This document shows, one piece after another, positions 15,130 to 30,195 of a stretch of 64,000 bases of DNA (position 1 is the stretch's first letter; each line of letters begins with the position of its first letter). The stretch is from Eledone cirrhosa (Eukaryota): positions 306,156,001-306,220,000 of the forward strand of contig OZ024741.1 in the NCBI GenBank assembly GCA_964016885.1. The letters are read 5' to 3'. A program made the translations under genes and the position numbers. Under the pieces are notes generated by a model. The model ran no database searches, was not told the DNA's origin, and worked only from the letters and a program-made list of their open reading frames with translations.

Positions 15130-15682
15130 ATAAATTAGAAATTATAAGCTTTCACCGTATTTTAGACTAAAGACATTTCTAGCCTGATAGTGGGGTTTAT
15201 AACCCTCGGAGAAATGGAAAAAGATGAGTGTTGCCGTACATGGCAGTCGAACCCACATCTTTGGTTATCCGGACCACTGTGCTACCATTACACCAATACA
15301 AATGCCATCTCCTTCCATTCGAATTAGAAGCTATGAACTTAGCAAGTGAATGATAAACAAGCAAATTATAAATGTAAACATGTAAGTATGTTTTTGAAAC
15401 GGTGCGCGAGTTTGAAAATTATAAATTATAAATTATAAGCTTTCACCGTATTTTAGACTAAAGAAATTTCTAGCCTGATAGTGGGGTTTATAACCCTCGG
15501 AGAAATGGAAAAGGATGAGTGTTGCCGTACATGGCAGTCGAACCCACATCTTTGGTTATCCGGACACATCCCGTCTTCTTACATTCGAATTAGAAGCTAT
15601 GAACTTAGCAAGCGAATGATAAACAACAAATTATAAATGTAAACATGTATGTTTTTGAAACTGTGCGCGATTTTGAAAATTA
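15130..15682 (-). mobile_element. Tandem element (about 1.9 x 291 bp) containing a tRNA-like cloverleaf (15232-15302)
   Basis: attataagctttcaccg at 15141 and 15432. Minus strand has A box TGGTGTAATGG and B box GGTTCGACT; D, anticodon and T arms pair. Flanked by (TA)n. Confidence 0.7.
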
Positions 15683-15771
15683 TATATATATATATAAATA
15701 TAAATATATATATATATAAATATATATATATATAAATATATATAAATATAAATATATATAAATATATATAA

Positions 15772-15802
<31 letters not shown>

Positions 15803-15854
15803 AATATATATAAATATATAAATATATATAAATATATATATATATAAATATATC

Positions 15855-18200
15855 TATAAGTCGTTTGGAAGCCTCGACAATGCAAATGGGTAAATCTCCG
15901 GGTAACAAGGTCCGGTGGTGGAGAGAGAGATGTAAGTGGGTGTACGTTGAGATGCGTGGTGTGTATAAGATGTGTGAGATGTGTAGAATGGAGGGAAGAG
16001 TAAAAGGATAAAAATAAAAATAACAACACAAGAGAGAGCTACCTTGGGAGAAATTTAATAGTCCCTATATATTTCTGAGTCACATCCATCAACTGGGGTT
16101 TTTTCCGGGGTGGGGGAAAAGGTTGTCTGTCGGACAAGTCCGGAAGGCGTCTTTCGCTGTTTGCTGATTTGAATATCTGAGGTATTCGGCAGAGCGCGCG
16201 TGCGCGTGAAATGGGGTCGGTCGTACAAAGGTCAGCGGCCGAATGAGGGAGTGGGATGGCGCTAGCTGTCAGTCCATTCTCTGCCTGTTTGTTAGATGTT
16301 ACTGTGTGTGTGTGTGCGTGTGTTGTTGTCTCGATTGAGTGTGTGTGTGTGTGTGTGTTGTTGCCTTGTTCATCTGTATTGGCAGTGTAGTATGTTCGTA
16401 TGGTGGGATGCTACAATGTGTGTGTGCGTGTGTGTGTGTGGTTGTCTCGTTTGCGTGTGTGTGTGTGTGCGTGTGTTGTGTGTTGTTGCATCGCTTGTTA
16501 ACTTAAACCAGCCATTTCATTTCGCTTCTCTCTAATCGGTTGTTTATTTGCGGTTGCAGGCGTTTGATAAAAAGTGCATCCTTGATACGTAACGTGCCGA
16601 CGTTTCTTTCAGTCGCTAGAATTGTGACAATGGGCCTTCCGTCTTTGTTTCCGCATTTGTCTATGTGTTTCTGGAAAGACGAGGCCCTGGTTTTAGTGTG
16701 TTCCTTGATCCGGATGTGCACAGGTCGAATTGTGCTAACTATGTAGTATTGGTTGCACCTGTCACATTCTATCTTATACACGACGTATATGCGTAGGCAA
16801 CAGTTAGCATGGCGTATCGGGCAGTCTCTGAGGGAGCATGCGTCAATAGATTTTTCGGGTTTCCTGGAGAGGCATCTTCGCAGGGAGGGGCCCGAGTGGG
16901 CCAGGTGGATGTCGAGGCCCTCCCTCCGTATAGCCTTGCGGATAGCGTTGGTGGTTTTCTCGCCCAGGTGTGGCATTTTAAGGAAGCACTTGCCTTGGGT
17001 ATTTCTCTGTCTCTTGCGTCTGGTGTCTCCTATTCTGTCTGTGATCGAGGTAGGGTACCCGTTCGTCTCCAGCACCCCGAGGAATCGCTTAGTATGAGTG
17101 ACACCACTCGCGGGATCGCTGCATCTGTTTTTGATTCGCGCGATCTCGTTCGTGATGTATCCTCTTTTGGCACTGTTAGGGAGGGCGGACTTGTAGTGAA
17201 CGAATAGGTCCCTGCAGGCTGCCTTTCTGTAGAAGTTGCAGTGGATCCCTCCTTGTTCCGTGATGTTGATTCGGAAGTCGAGGAGGGAAAGTGACCCGTC
17301 TTCGTTGGGGTGTTCAACACTGAAGTCAATGTTCTCGTCCGTGTTGTTGAACGTCTCATAGAGTCTGTTCGCCGTGTCTTGGGAAGATGTGAGGATGAGG
17401 ATATCGTCCACGTATCTTGAGAAAAAGGCTACGGCGTTGGGGTGGCAGGCGTTGAGTGCCTTGCGTTCGAGGTTGTCCATGTAGGAGATCGCTAGCACAC
17501 CTGATAGACTTGATCCCATGGGCAATCCCGAGGTTTGTTGGTATATTTGGTCAAGGAATCCGAAGTAGGTGTTGTCGACGACGATGGATAGGAGTTGGTG
17601 GATGTCGGTGGTGGTGAGCCCGAAGCAGTGTAGGTCGGTGGATTGGACGCGTTCCATTAGTATATTGACGGCCGGGAGTGCCGGGACCGAGGTGTAGAGA
17701 GCGACTACATTAAGGCTGAAGGCATATCTGTTATTCCTTCTGGTGTCGGGATCCATTTGATGCAGGCGCTTCAACACCTCCTCGGAGCTGTTAACGTGTC
17801 CCGGCAAGGTGTCTAAGATGGGTTTGAGTATTCTGGCTAGGAGCCATGAAATTTTGTAGAGTGGCCCCTCCACGCTCGATACGATGGGCCTGATTTTCAG
17901 GTCGGGTCCCTGTTTGTGTGTTTTTACGAGGTGGTAGAAGGCGGGTAGTCTGCTGTTCCTCGTGAGGAGGTTGTATCTCAGCTTCTTCGGGAGCTTCCGC
18001 CGGTCGCAGATGTTGGTCCAGGCGGAGTTGATGTGTTCTTCTATCTGCGCGGGAGTGATTCCCGTGACCTTGGAGTATAGGTTGTCATCGTCAAGGTGTT
18101 GGTGGGCCAGGGTGTTGTAGGCCTCTCTGCTGATGACGAAGAATTCTTTTCCCTTGTCGGAGGGGAGATAGATGAGGTTCTTCGATTTTAGGTTATACAC
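15855..18200 (-). mobile_element. Penelope-like element, 5'-truncated (ORF 16503-18200, RT plus GIY-YIG) with 3' UTR/pLTR
   Basis: PSDKG, RPIVSS, GLPMGSSLS, RYVDD, Cys-rich linker, VVYKIEC..C..YYIVST..R..EH. Motif A Asp appears mutated to Asn (SLNVVALY), so it is probably inactive. Confidence 0.93.
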
Positions 18201-18804
18201 AAATAAACATACATATCTTCACTTCAATAGAAAATCTGAACTCTGACACCCCAGCGAACTAACCATATTCATTGAACCAGAACAATTCTCCCAATCCCTT
18301 TTCTCTTGACCACTATCTTTCCATTGTCATAACATTCACTATAAAGACTACAGAATAGTTTTCCAAATAAGGGCGCAAAAATGTAATGAAAACTAGTTCA
18401 CGTGACAGCCAAATTTATTTATAACCAACCAAAAGAAAGCCTTTGTGAGCCTCCTTTTTTCAAGTAAAAAGAAATTCAAACACTCATATATGAAAAAACA
18501 ACCTGTGACCCCCCCCCCTCTTATTTGAAGAACTATTGTAACGCGAACTGGCGCGAAATTTATTATAATTATTGACAAACCAATCAAATTACTTCTCGAA
18601 AAACCTGGCATTTCGAGCCACTTTTTCCATATAAAACAAGTAACATCCAGAGAGCAACCAGATGTGAGAAAAACCAAAGACCCTCCATCTCAACTCACCT
18701 TTTGAAAAGCAGAAGAACTGCGAAACCGGTAAAGGAACCAAATAAATATATATATTTTTTAAAAAAATAAGACTCCAATTGCATTTTAGATTTCATCTCT
18801 TTTT

Positions 18805-18883
<79 letters not shown>

Positions 18884-18887
18884 AATA

Positions 18888-18937
<50 letters not shown>

Positions 18938-18985
18938 AATATATATATATAAATATATATATATATAAATATATATATATAAATA

Positions 18986-19035
<50 letters not shown>

Positions 19036-19039
19036 AATA

Positions 19040-19183
<144 letters not shown>

Positions 19184-19240
19184 TAAATATATATATATAT
19201 AAATAAATATATATATATATATATAAATAAATATATATAT

Positions 19241-19337
<97 letters not shown>

Positions 19338-19347
19338 AATATATATA

Positions 19348-19439
<92 letters not shown>

Positions 19440-19509
19440 AATATATATATATATAAATATATATATATATAAATATAAATATATATATATAAATATATAT
19501 ATATATAAA

Positions 19510-19782
19510 TACAATATTAAATAAATGGAAAACTATATTTATAAAACCATATTTATTTCACTATATATATTTCGGGGATATCATATTAACAATATGCTAT
19601 GTCTTCATCAGACAAAATACAATATAAACACGAAATATATATAGTGAAATAAATATGGTTTTATAAATATAGTTTTCCATTTATTTAATATTGTAAATAT
19701 ACTCCAAATATTTGTCGAGTGCTTTTATATCAGTTATAAATATTTACTAGTTGTAACCCAACAATTTTAAATATAACTTTAC
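19510..19782. mobile_element. Family B insertion with inverted arms; HHR at 19554-19619 (-)
   Basis: 19631-19695 is the reverse complement of 19510-19574, followed by about 85 bp of extra tail; both arms share the private gtgaaata variant. Confidence 0.8.
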
Positions 19783-19830
19783 ATATATATATAAATAAAT
19801 ATATATATATAAATATATATATATATAAAT

Positions 19831-19911
<81 letters not shown>

Positions 19912-19926
19912 AATATATATATATAA

Positions 19927-19992
<66 letters not shown>

Positions 19993-20074
19993 TATATATA
20001 TATAAATATATATATATAAATATATATATATAAATATATATATATAAATATATATATATAAATATATATATATA

Positions 20075-20106
<32 letters not shown>

Positions 20107-20118
20107 AATATATATATA

Positions 20119-20150
<32 letters not shown>

Positions 20151-20237
20151 AATATATATATAAATATATATATATAAATATATATATAAATATATAAATA
20201 TATATATATATATATAAATATATATATAAATATAAAT

Positions 20238-20352
<115 letters not shown>

Positions 20353-20380
20353 AATAAATATAAATATATATATAAATATA

Positions 20381-20842
20381 TACGATATTAAACAAATGGA
20401 AATTACATTTATAAAACCATATTTATTTCATTATATATATTTCAGGGATATCATATTAAAATATGGTATGCCCTCTTCAGACAAAATACAATATATAGAC
20501 AGTTTTATAAATAAATTTGACATACCTTAGAGTTTACAACTTCCATTTAAAAAGTTGTTACGGTAGTTACTACCGTAACAACTTTTTAAATGGAAGTTGT
20601 AAACTCTAAGGTATGTCAAATTATTTATAAAACTGTCTATATATTGTATTTTGTCTGAAGAGGGCATACCATATTTTAATATGATATCCCTGAAATATAT
20701 ATAATGAAATAAATATGGTTTTATAAATGTAATTTCCATTTGTTTAACATCGTAAAATACTCCAAAATCTGTTGAGTGCTTTTATTTCAGTTATAAAATA
20801 TTTACTCGTTGTAACCCAACATTTTAAATAAAACTTTTGCAT
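20381..20842. mobile_element. Near-perfect palindromic family B insertion with two HHRs (20424-20488 -, 20647-20711 +)
   Basis: Arms of about 185 bp centred near 20568 (gttacggtagt/actaccgtaac); the right arm continues into the same tail seen at 19696-19782. Confidence 0.88.
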
Positions 20843-20905
20843 ATATATAAATATATATATATAAATATATATATAAATATATATATAAATATATATATAA
20901 ATATA

Positions 20906-20945
<40 letters not shown>

Positions 20946-20962
20946 AATATATATAAATATAT

Positions 20963-21039
<77 letters not shown>

Positions 21040-21056
21040 AATATATATAAATATAT

Positions 21057-21087
<31 letters not shown>

Positions 21088-21102
21088 AATATATATAAAT
21101 AT

Positions 21103-21195
<93 letters not shown>

Positions 21196-21210
21196 AATAT
21201 ATATAAATAT

Positions 21211-21265
<55 letters not shown>

Positions 21266-21394
21266 AATATATATATATATAAATATAAATATATATATAT
21301 ATAAATATATAAATATATATATATATAAATATATATATATATAAATATATATATATATAAATATATATATATATAAATATATATATATATAAAT

Positions 21395-21427
<33 letters not shown>

Positions 21428-21478
21428 AATATATATACGATATTAAACAAATGGAAACTATATTTATAAAACCATATT

Positions 21479-21544
21479 TATTTCATTATACATATTTCAG
21501 GGATACCATATTAAAAATATGGCATGCCTTCGTCAGATAAAATA
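21479..21544 (-). ncRNA. Type I hammerhead ribozyme, family B
   Basis: uauuuuau-CUGACGA-agg...ccu-GAAA-uaugua-UA-augaaaua. Confidence 0.82.
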
Positions 21545-21622
21545 CAATATATAACCAGTTTTATAAATAATTTTGACGTACCATAAATATAGCGACCATT
21601 AAAGTAGGAAGCTGGCTTGGTA

Positions 21623-21654
<32 letters not shown>

Positions 21655-21743
21655 ATTATATATATATATATACATATATAAATATATATATATATAAATA
21701 TATATATATATAAATATATATATATATAAATATATATATAATT

Positions 21744-21776
<33 letters not shown>

Positions 21777-21779
21777 AAT

Positions 21780-21816
<37 letters not shown>

Positions 21817-21957
21817 AATATATATATATATAAATATATATATATATAATTATATATATATATATAATTATATATATATATATATATATATAATTATATA
21901 TATATATATAATTATATATATATATATATAATTATATATATATATATAATTATATAT

Positions 21958-22003
<46 letters not shown>

Positions 22004-22033
22004 TATATATATATATAATTATATATATATATA

Positions 22034-22075
<42 letters not shown>

Positions 22076-22130
22076 TATATATATATATATAATTATATAT
22101 ATATATATATAAATATATATATATATAAAT

Positions 22131-22187
<57 letters not shown>

Positions 22188-22242
22188 AATATATATATAT
22201 AAATATATACATATATAAATATATACATATATAAATATATAC

Positions 22243-22281
<39 letters not shown>

Positions 22282-22363
22282 AATATATATATATATGTGT
22301 GTGTGTATTATATATGTGTGTGTATATATATGTGTGTGTGTGTATATATATATATGTGTGTGT

Positions 22364-22413
<50 letters not shown>

Positions 22414-22843
22414 ATGTGTGTGTGTATGTATATATTTATATGTATGTATGTGTATGTGTAAATGTGAGTATTGCTTATCACGTGTGTTTGTTTATTTATG
22501 TGTGTCCTTTCCTGTATCGCAGTCAACTTTATAATAATTTTTATTTTCTTAAGTCGTATATTTTTAATTTTTATGTGACGGCCTATAGTATTATATGGTT
22601 GTTCATTGTTTTTTCTTTTTTCTTATAATTAATTGTGTGTGTACATATTTCTATATATGTGTGTGCGTATGTATGCGTGTATATATGTGTGTGTATGTAC
22701 GTGTGTATATATGTATGTATATGTCTGTGTGTATATATATATGTGTGTGTGTGTATTTATGTGTATGTATGGATATGGATATATATATATATATATATAC
22801 ATTCAAAATATTAACAAAAATAGAACTTCATTGTGATCAAGTA

Positions 22844-22910
22844 TATTTTATTATACATATTTCAGAGGTACTGGGCTAACTTCAACAGTACGTCCTCATC
22901 AGATAAAATA
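22844..22910 (-). ncRNA. Type I hammerhead ribozyme, family G
   Basis: uauuuuau-CUGAUGA-ggacguacug...caguaccucu-GAAA-uaugua-UA-auaaaaua; perfect 8-bp stem I. Confidence 0.85.
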
Positions 22911-23326
22911 AGATGATGCATGCCATACCCTGACATAGTTGAATGGTTAAGATCCAGTCATGGTAGTGAGTAAGATATGACAAAACTCAATATTTATATA
23001 CCTTAAGATACATGAAAAAACTTACATATAATACATATAATACAGAGGGTGCGTGTAAGAAAGTTTAAAAATACATAACAGTAATTTACATAACTGTTAG
23101 AGATTCTTTCAGAGAATAATAATTATTGAAGAAAGATATATATATATATATATATGATTGAAGAAAGATATATATATATATATATATGATTGAAGAAAGA
23201 TATATATATATATGATTCCAGTTGCTCAGAGAAATAATAACCCAGCCAGGAACTGGGCATATCAGAGTATTGACAAAGTTATACACCTCAACAACATATG
23301 TACTTGTCTATACCACACTAATTCGG

Positions 23327-23381
23327 ACTGCCTGAAGAGGTCACAGCCAAAGATGGCTGTCACCGAAATATATATAGCAGT
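23327..23381 (+). ncRNA. Type I hammerhead ribozyme, family E
   Basis: acugc-CUGAAGA-ggucacagcca(aaga)uggcugucacc-GAAA-uauaua-UA-gcagu. Confidence 0.9.
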
Positions 23382-23731
23382 AATAAACGAAGCTAAATTT
23401 TAAACATTTGACTTTTTATTTTACTTTATTTTACACTACTCCGGAGTAACTAAACCAACCTGCGCACTTCGTCGAGTGCTCCAGCCTGCATACTGAGGTG
23501 TTGGTATACAACCAACATATACTCAAAATATATATATATATATATGTATGTGTATATATATATATATATGTATGTATGTGTGTATGTATATGTATGTGTG
23601 CGTGTGTGCATGTGTGTTTATCTACTTTTATATTTATTCTTTTTCCTTTCCTTCTTCCTTTTCCAGCCTCACTTTCATATAGATTATATTTTTGTTTTTA
23701 AAATCCGCTGTCAATAAATACACCAAGATCT

Positions 23732-23792
23732 TTTCATTCTGATGACTGAAAGCAAATTTTGTTTGCTTTCAAGAAACCACTGGTAAATGAAA
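23732..23792 (+). ncRNA. Type I hammerhead ribozyme, family A
   Basis: uuucauu-CUGAUGA-cugaaagcaaa...uuugcuuucaa-GAAA-ccacugg-UA-aaugaaa. Confidence 0.82.
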
Positions 23793-23976
23793 TAATTATC
23801 TTACGTTGTTTATTACATAACTAATAAGCTCTATAACCTACATAGAGCACTCTTTTTCTTGGACCTTTCCGACGGAATTACTTCATTCACACATTATATA
23901 TATATATATATGACGATATATATATGACGATATATATATATATATATATATAGACTATATATATATAGAAAGAGAG

Positions 23977-24021
<45 letters not shown>

Positions 24022-24214
24022 AATTTATCTGGCAATGAATGTTCATCATTGATTGACCAACGGTTCAAAATATATCACTATATATATATATATATAGTGA
24101 TATATAGATATATATATCACATTTGTGACATCACCAGTGGTACTATTATGTTTCCTCCCGTAATGCCAGCGCCATTTGTTTCGACGCACAATTTCATATA
24201 AAAAACCTTGCAAA

Positions 24215-24254
<40 letters not shown>

Positions 24255-24260
<6 letters not shown>

Positions 24261-24735
24261 AAATAAAATAAATAAGTCAAATGTTTTAAATTTAGCTTCG
24301 TTTATTACTGCTATATATATTTCGGTGACAGCCATCTTTGGCTGTGATCTCTTCAGGCAGTCCGAATTAGTGTGGTATAGACAAGTACATATGTTGTTGA
24401 GGTGTATAACTTTGTCAATACTCTGATATGCCCAGTTCCTGGTTGGGTTGTTATTTCACTGGGGAACTGGAATCATATCAGAGTATTGACAAAGTTATAC
24501 ACCTCAACAACATGTGTACTCGTCTATACCACACTAATTCGGACTGCCTGAAGAGATCACAGCCAAAGATGGCTGTCACCGAAATATATATAGCAGTAAT
24601 AAACGAAGCTAAATTTTAAACATTTGACTTATTTATTTTATTTTATTTTACATTTCTCCGGAGTAACCAAACCAACCTGCGCACTTCGTCGAGTGCTCCA
24701 TTCTGCATACAACAAACATATACTCAACATTTTAT
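24255..24735. mobile_element. Family E insertion with inverted arms; HHRs at 24307-24361 (-) and 24543-24597 (+)
   Basis: About 24255-24430 is the reverse complement of about 24475-24650; both arms carry gagatcac where the 23.3 kb copy has gaggtcac. Confidence 0.85.
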
Positions 24736-24742
24736 ATATATA

Positions 24743-25188
<446 letters not shown>

Positions 25189-25725
25189 CTAGCTGTTGAA
25201 ACAGCAAGAGCTCTCAGCCGTCACGGTCCTGACTCTTTATAATATAACCATACTCTACTACCCAAAGTGTCGAGTACTCTATTCAAACTGAATCCATCCT
25301 GATTTATATATATATATATATTCACAAGGGCGGTGCCCCAGCATGGCGTCAGCCGGATGGCTGGAACAGGTAAAAGAGTAATATATATATGCGTGTGTGT
25401 ACAGACACTAATTTAAAGTATCACAACATATATATGTATGATGAATATGTTTCACCGCAGAAGAGTTCAATGGACGTTTGTCCAGAGCATCAATGATTCA
25501 AAATTAAAAAAATATGTTTATATAGCTATATATCATTAGAGAGATACATAGTATTTTGTACATATATATATAAATCATATAATATTTAGGAAACAGTATA
25601 TACTTTAAGGTGGAAAAGTTAGATAATAAATACTATTTATATATATGTACAAAATACTATGTGTTTCCCATGATATATGGCTAAATACATATATTTAAAA
25701 CAAATTTTGATTATATACACACACA

Positions 25726-25803
<78 letters not shown>

Positions 25804-26859
25804 GTCATGTAACAGCGGTATAATGATAAGTACTAGACTTTAAAAATTAAGTACTGAGGTCGATATGTTTGACTAAATCCCTTTAAGCCAGTGCCATGAC
25901 ATGGCCGCAAGCTAATGAGTGAGAAACATTAAAAGTATAAAACAAAGAGAATTTATAGAATTAAATATAGAAGGTAAAGAGTAAAGACCACCTTCGGTCA
26001 CGAATGACCATGGGATTTGCATCTAGTCAGTACAAAGTTATTTGTGGAAGACTAGCAGTCACCCATGTATACCAGTCTCCCTTCTCTACACCACAAATAT
26101 TGTCCAAGAGAAAGGCAATGACCGATACAGCTTGGCTTGATTATTCGAGACCCGAGGGTAGTAGCAATACTTAACAGGATCTTTGTAGTTTTGCAGGAGA
26201 CTAGTAGTTATTGGATATGAAATGTTTTCTGGTCCTGAAGATGGTCCTAAAAACTCGCGTGCCAGACACTGTTTTCCCAAAATTTCTTAAGAGCAACAGT
26301 CGAGTGACATAGGAGAGTAGGTCACCAGTAGATTGAGCTTTACAAAAGTAGTAGTGGTGGTCATTACGGAGGGAGAGAGAATCAATGCGTTGTAAAAGGT
26401 TTCTGCTAACCCTTTAGATACTAACCCGACTGAAACCCCACTGGATTTATGATACAAAGCTGCTCTTTTTAAAATATTTATCTTTATATTAAAACCTTTC
26501 ATTGTAATTTCATTTTAGAAATTTGTTCTAAATATCGGCTTAGTAATGAAAAACTTAGTTATTTTATTAAATACCTTAGAATTTTTGGTTATTTTCAACA
26601 TTAATTGAAGTCATACACAGGCAGTGTATTGCAATAGAAATGTGGTAACGAAATTTACTGGCTATCTGCATCACTTTCACAATGTTGGAATTGAGTGTGA
26701 TAAGTTGATAATTCTTAGGAATATGACACATTGTAACACGTTTTCAAAGATCAGGATATTTCACTGGAGAGAGAGAGAGGGGATATGAGCCACTCTTGAG
26801 GCACATAGTTTAATCACAGATATATTAGAGATACTCTTAGCTAATAAACTCTGTGAATT

Positions 26860-26925
26860 AAAGGTGACTATTTTTCTCTGAAGGAGGTTTAATAAGACCT
26901 GAAACTAGTCAAATTGATCACCTTT
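26860..26925 (+). ncRNA. Degenerate hammerhead motif
   Basis: CUGAAGG-agguuu(aaua)agaccu-GAAA-cuag-UC; one core substitution and a poor stem I. Confidence 0.5.
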
Positions 26926-26999
26926 TTCTGCCCACCGAGAAATATAATCTGTGAGGTTTGTTTACTTTTCAAACCATGGTAAATTTATGCTTCTTCTTG

Positions 27000-27420
27000 G
27001 ATCTTCAAGCAAGACCAGCCGAGCTCATGGATGTTATCCAACTATCTTGATCGGGGGTTTTCCCCTAGGTCTCCTGCCAGTTGCTTTTGCCCGTAAAATC
27101 TGTCCAGCGATTCTTTCCTGTGACATTCTAACCACATGCCCATAGTACCGGAGCTCTGATCTCTCAATTCGGAGAAGTAGCGGCTCTACCTGGAGTGACT
27201 CTCTGATATTCGAGCTACGCACTCTATCAGGTAACGTTACTCCTAAGACCCTTCGGAGGAACCCCATTTCGGCCGCTTGTATTTGCGATCGTATTTTTCA
27301 GTCAGTACCCAAGATTCATGACCATAGGTAAGGGTTGGCACGAAAACTGAAGTGAAGATAGCGAGTTTGACTTTTACACCTACCTCCCTTCTGATTACTG
27401 AATGTTAACACATTACTGCA
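27000..27420 (-). mobile_element. RTE-like LINE 3' fragment
   Basis: ORF 27034-27267, FLRRVLGVT..DRVRSS..LRYYGHVVRM..GRRPRGKP, is typical of RTE C-termini. Confidence 0.75.
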
Positions 27421-27859
27421 CCAGCTCCTGCAATTTATTTTTGCACTTAATTCAGCCCCCTGCCTTCCATTACTCGTGATGCATTTTTTAAAAGGTGTAC
27501 TTTACATTGTAAGTTATCCTAAAACGGTTATGACCATTTATCACGGTTATGACCATTTATAATTTACCGCGTGGACACATTTTTTCTTGGCATCTGTTAT
27601 ACACAGTTATACCTCCTTCCTTTCCTCACTCTTTCTAACATGTATCGTTTATGGAAAAAGTAATTAAAAAACAAGCTGTTAAGATGATCATGGTTTTATT
27701 TTATATTTGTCTTGGCCCGTAAAAAAAAGTTTTCAATCCAGTCCGCCACTAGAGATATTTTCTGACCCCTCTTGTAAAATATTGGTAAAATGTACTAGTG
27801 TGTTTAGCGCTATAATAAATTGTTTCGTTATAATTTGTACTTGTGTGGTAATATAGTTT

Positions 27860-28235
27860 CTGATTTAAGCACAAAGCCAACGATTTTGGAGGAGGAGAAA
27901 GTTGATTATATCGATACCTGTGCGTTACTGGTACTTTATTTAAATGACTCCGTAAGGATGAAAGGGAAAGTTGATCTCGGCGGGTTTTGATCTCAGTACG
28001 TAAAGTGCTGCAAGTATATGACGCAAAGCATACTGTCGGCGTAAAGTGCTGCAAGTATATGACGGCGTAAAGCATACTGTCGGCGTAAAGGGCCGCAAGT
28101 ATATGACGCAAAGCATACTGTCGGCATAAAGGGCCGTAAGTATATGATGCAAAGCATGCTGTCGGCGTAAAGGGCTGTAAGTATATGACGCAAAGCATAC
28201 TGTCCGACGCTCTACCGATACTGCCAATCCACCAC
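27860..28235 (-). mobile_element. tRNA-derived SINE with an internal 5 x 41-bp tandem expansion (27999-28206)
   Basis: Same family as 33215-33395; units start at 27999, 28040, 28084, 28125 and 28166. Confidence 0.75.
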
Positions 28236-28496
28236 ACTCTATTTGTGTGGTAATATGAAATGAAATAATAGTAAGCAAATTATAAAAAGTACAAGCTAAA
28301 ATATATTAGTAAGTACGTATAATAATGCATAAAAAATCTGAAATAGAATGTATTAGTTACGTAGCTCAGTGTATGTATATGTAATGCATATATAAACATC
28401 AGGTCAAAAGTATAGTTCTTCAAATTACGTCAATATCGACATATGACCGGATGGCTAGAACGCAATCTGGTTAGTAGAGTGCCAACACACGCACGT

Positions 28497-28541
<45 letters not shown>

Positions 28542-28825
28542 AACACACACACATATACACACTCATGCACACACTCACTCCACCTCCTCACATATACATT
28601 TAATTAGTGGAGTTGTCGAAACATTAAGTGACGGATCAAATCCACTTCGGTATTTGGTTACTCTACTTTTTTAGTTCAAATGCCTCCGATGTCTACTTTT
28701 GGGTGCCGATAAATTCTATGGCAGACAAGAAATTAGGCTTATTAAATCATTTACACGTATTTCCTTTCAAATTATATGGCACTGAACCGAAAATTACAAA
28801 ATACACTAATAATTATTAAATTTGT

Positions 28826-28914
<89 letters not shown>

Positions 28915-29048
28915 TTGCTAATAGCTAAAATGTGTGCAGTCTGAACATCGAGATGCAGTTTCACTATTGGCTGCAATCTTATCGATTCATTGATTGGGTG
29001 AGTTATAGCGGGAGACCGCTGAAATAATATCAACGATTTTTGTAAGCC

Positions 29049-29092
<44 letters not shown>

Positions 29093-29724
29093 TCATTTAT
29101 GTTATGTGGTTCACCAATGGATGGAACTGGTCATTCCGTTTAGTTAACCATGATGTAATAGTAAGAAAATCACTCTACGTTTTGCAAATCATCCATCTTG
29201 AATCCCCTGGCTGCTGCAGGAACGGAGTTAAATATCTATTTAATTAAAACACCAGAAGGCCGTACTGGAGATATCCCTTTAAAGTTTTATTGTTGCAAAA
29301 AAGCATTATATATATTTCAATGGGCTGTTACATAAGATCCTGGCGACATCACCAGGGTCGGATTGCATAATTAGTTAATCAATAAAAGGAATTACGGCAA
29401 ACACAAACAGAGAATAAAGAAAATATTTGATTCGGAGATGGTCCGCGAATTCAGTGATATTGTTGTGACAGACCATCTCTCTTTTTTTTTTATTAACTAA
29501 TTATGCAATCCGCATCTGATGTGCCCCGGAGGGAATTTTCTAGTAACAAATCCCATGGTCATTCCTGACCGAAGGGTGTCTTTACTCTTATAGTCGTAGG
29601 ATATGATAAAATTATATATGTGTATCTACCGAATAAAAGTAACCGAGACTACATAAATGTTTATATAAATTTACGCATTTTTAGTATACGTATTTGTATT
29701 TCCCAGTATATTGAAAAATAATAA

Positions 29725-29772
29725 ATACTTTTAACCGGTTTTCACGCCTAGTTGGGCTTTCATCAGTATGTA
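29725..29772 (-). ncRNA. Degenerate hammerhead motif (family F)
   Basis: CUGAUGA-aagcc...ggcgu-GAAA-accggu-UA; palindromic stem III, mismatched stem I. Confidence 0.55.
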
Positions 29773-29934
29773 TACCATCTTAACAATTATAAGGAAATAA
29801 GTAATAGAGGGTCGTATTACTTACAAGGCGTGATACGTATATCTAGCATGTTCACATGTCTATACACTAAAAACGAATAAATTTATTTACACACTAATAC
29901 ACTCCGGGGGTATTAATGTGTAAATAAATTTATG

Positions 29935-30195
29935 GTTGTTTGTGGAAGACCAGCAATTGCCCATGTACAGCAGTCTCTCCCCTCAACATCACCGGTGTCG
30001 TCCAAGGAAAAAGCAATGGGTGATACAGCTTAGCACCAGTGACGTCGCAACTCATTTCTACAGGTGAATAAACTGGAGTAACGTGAAATAAAAAGTGTTA
30101 CTCAAGGACACAGAACACCATCCGCTCCGAGGATCGAACGCACAACCTCACGATCGTGAGCCCAACACTCTAACCACCAAGCCACGTGCTTTCAC
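29935..30195 (-). mobile_element. tRNA-derived SINE (second family; fragments also at about 25975-26140 and 33130-33215)
   Basis: Minus-strand A box TGGCTTGGTGG and B box GTTCGATCC; body shared with the other fragments. Confidence 0.7.

Noticed and set aside
15232-15302. Functional tRNA gene
   Set aside because: Broken acceptor stem, atypical anticodon loop, T-stem mismatch, and embedded in a repeat.
16060-16100. Possible HHR in the pLTR of the 16.5 kb PLE (minus strand ttgatgg...gaaa-tata-ta)
   Set aside because: Core too degenerate to support a call.
27999-28206. CRISPR-like 41-bp periodicity
   Set aside because: Contiguous tandem copies without unique spacers, inside a SINE; no cas genes; eukaryotic context.
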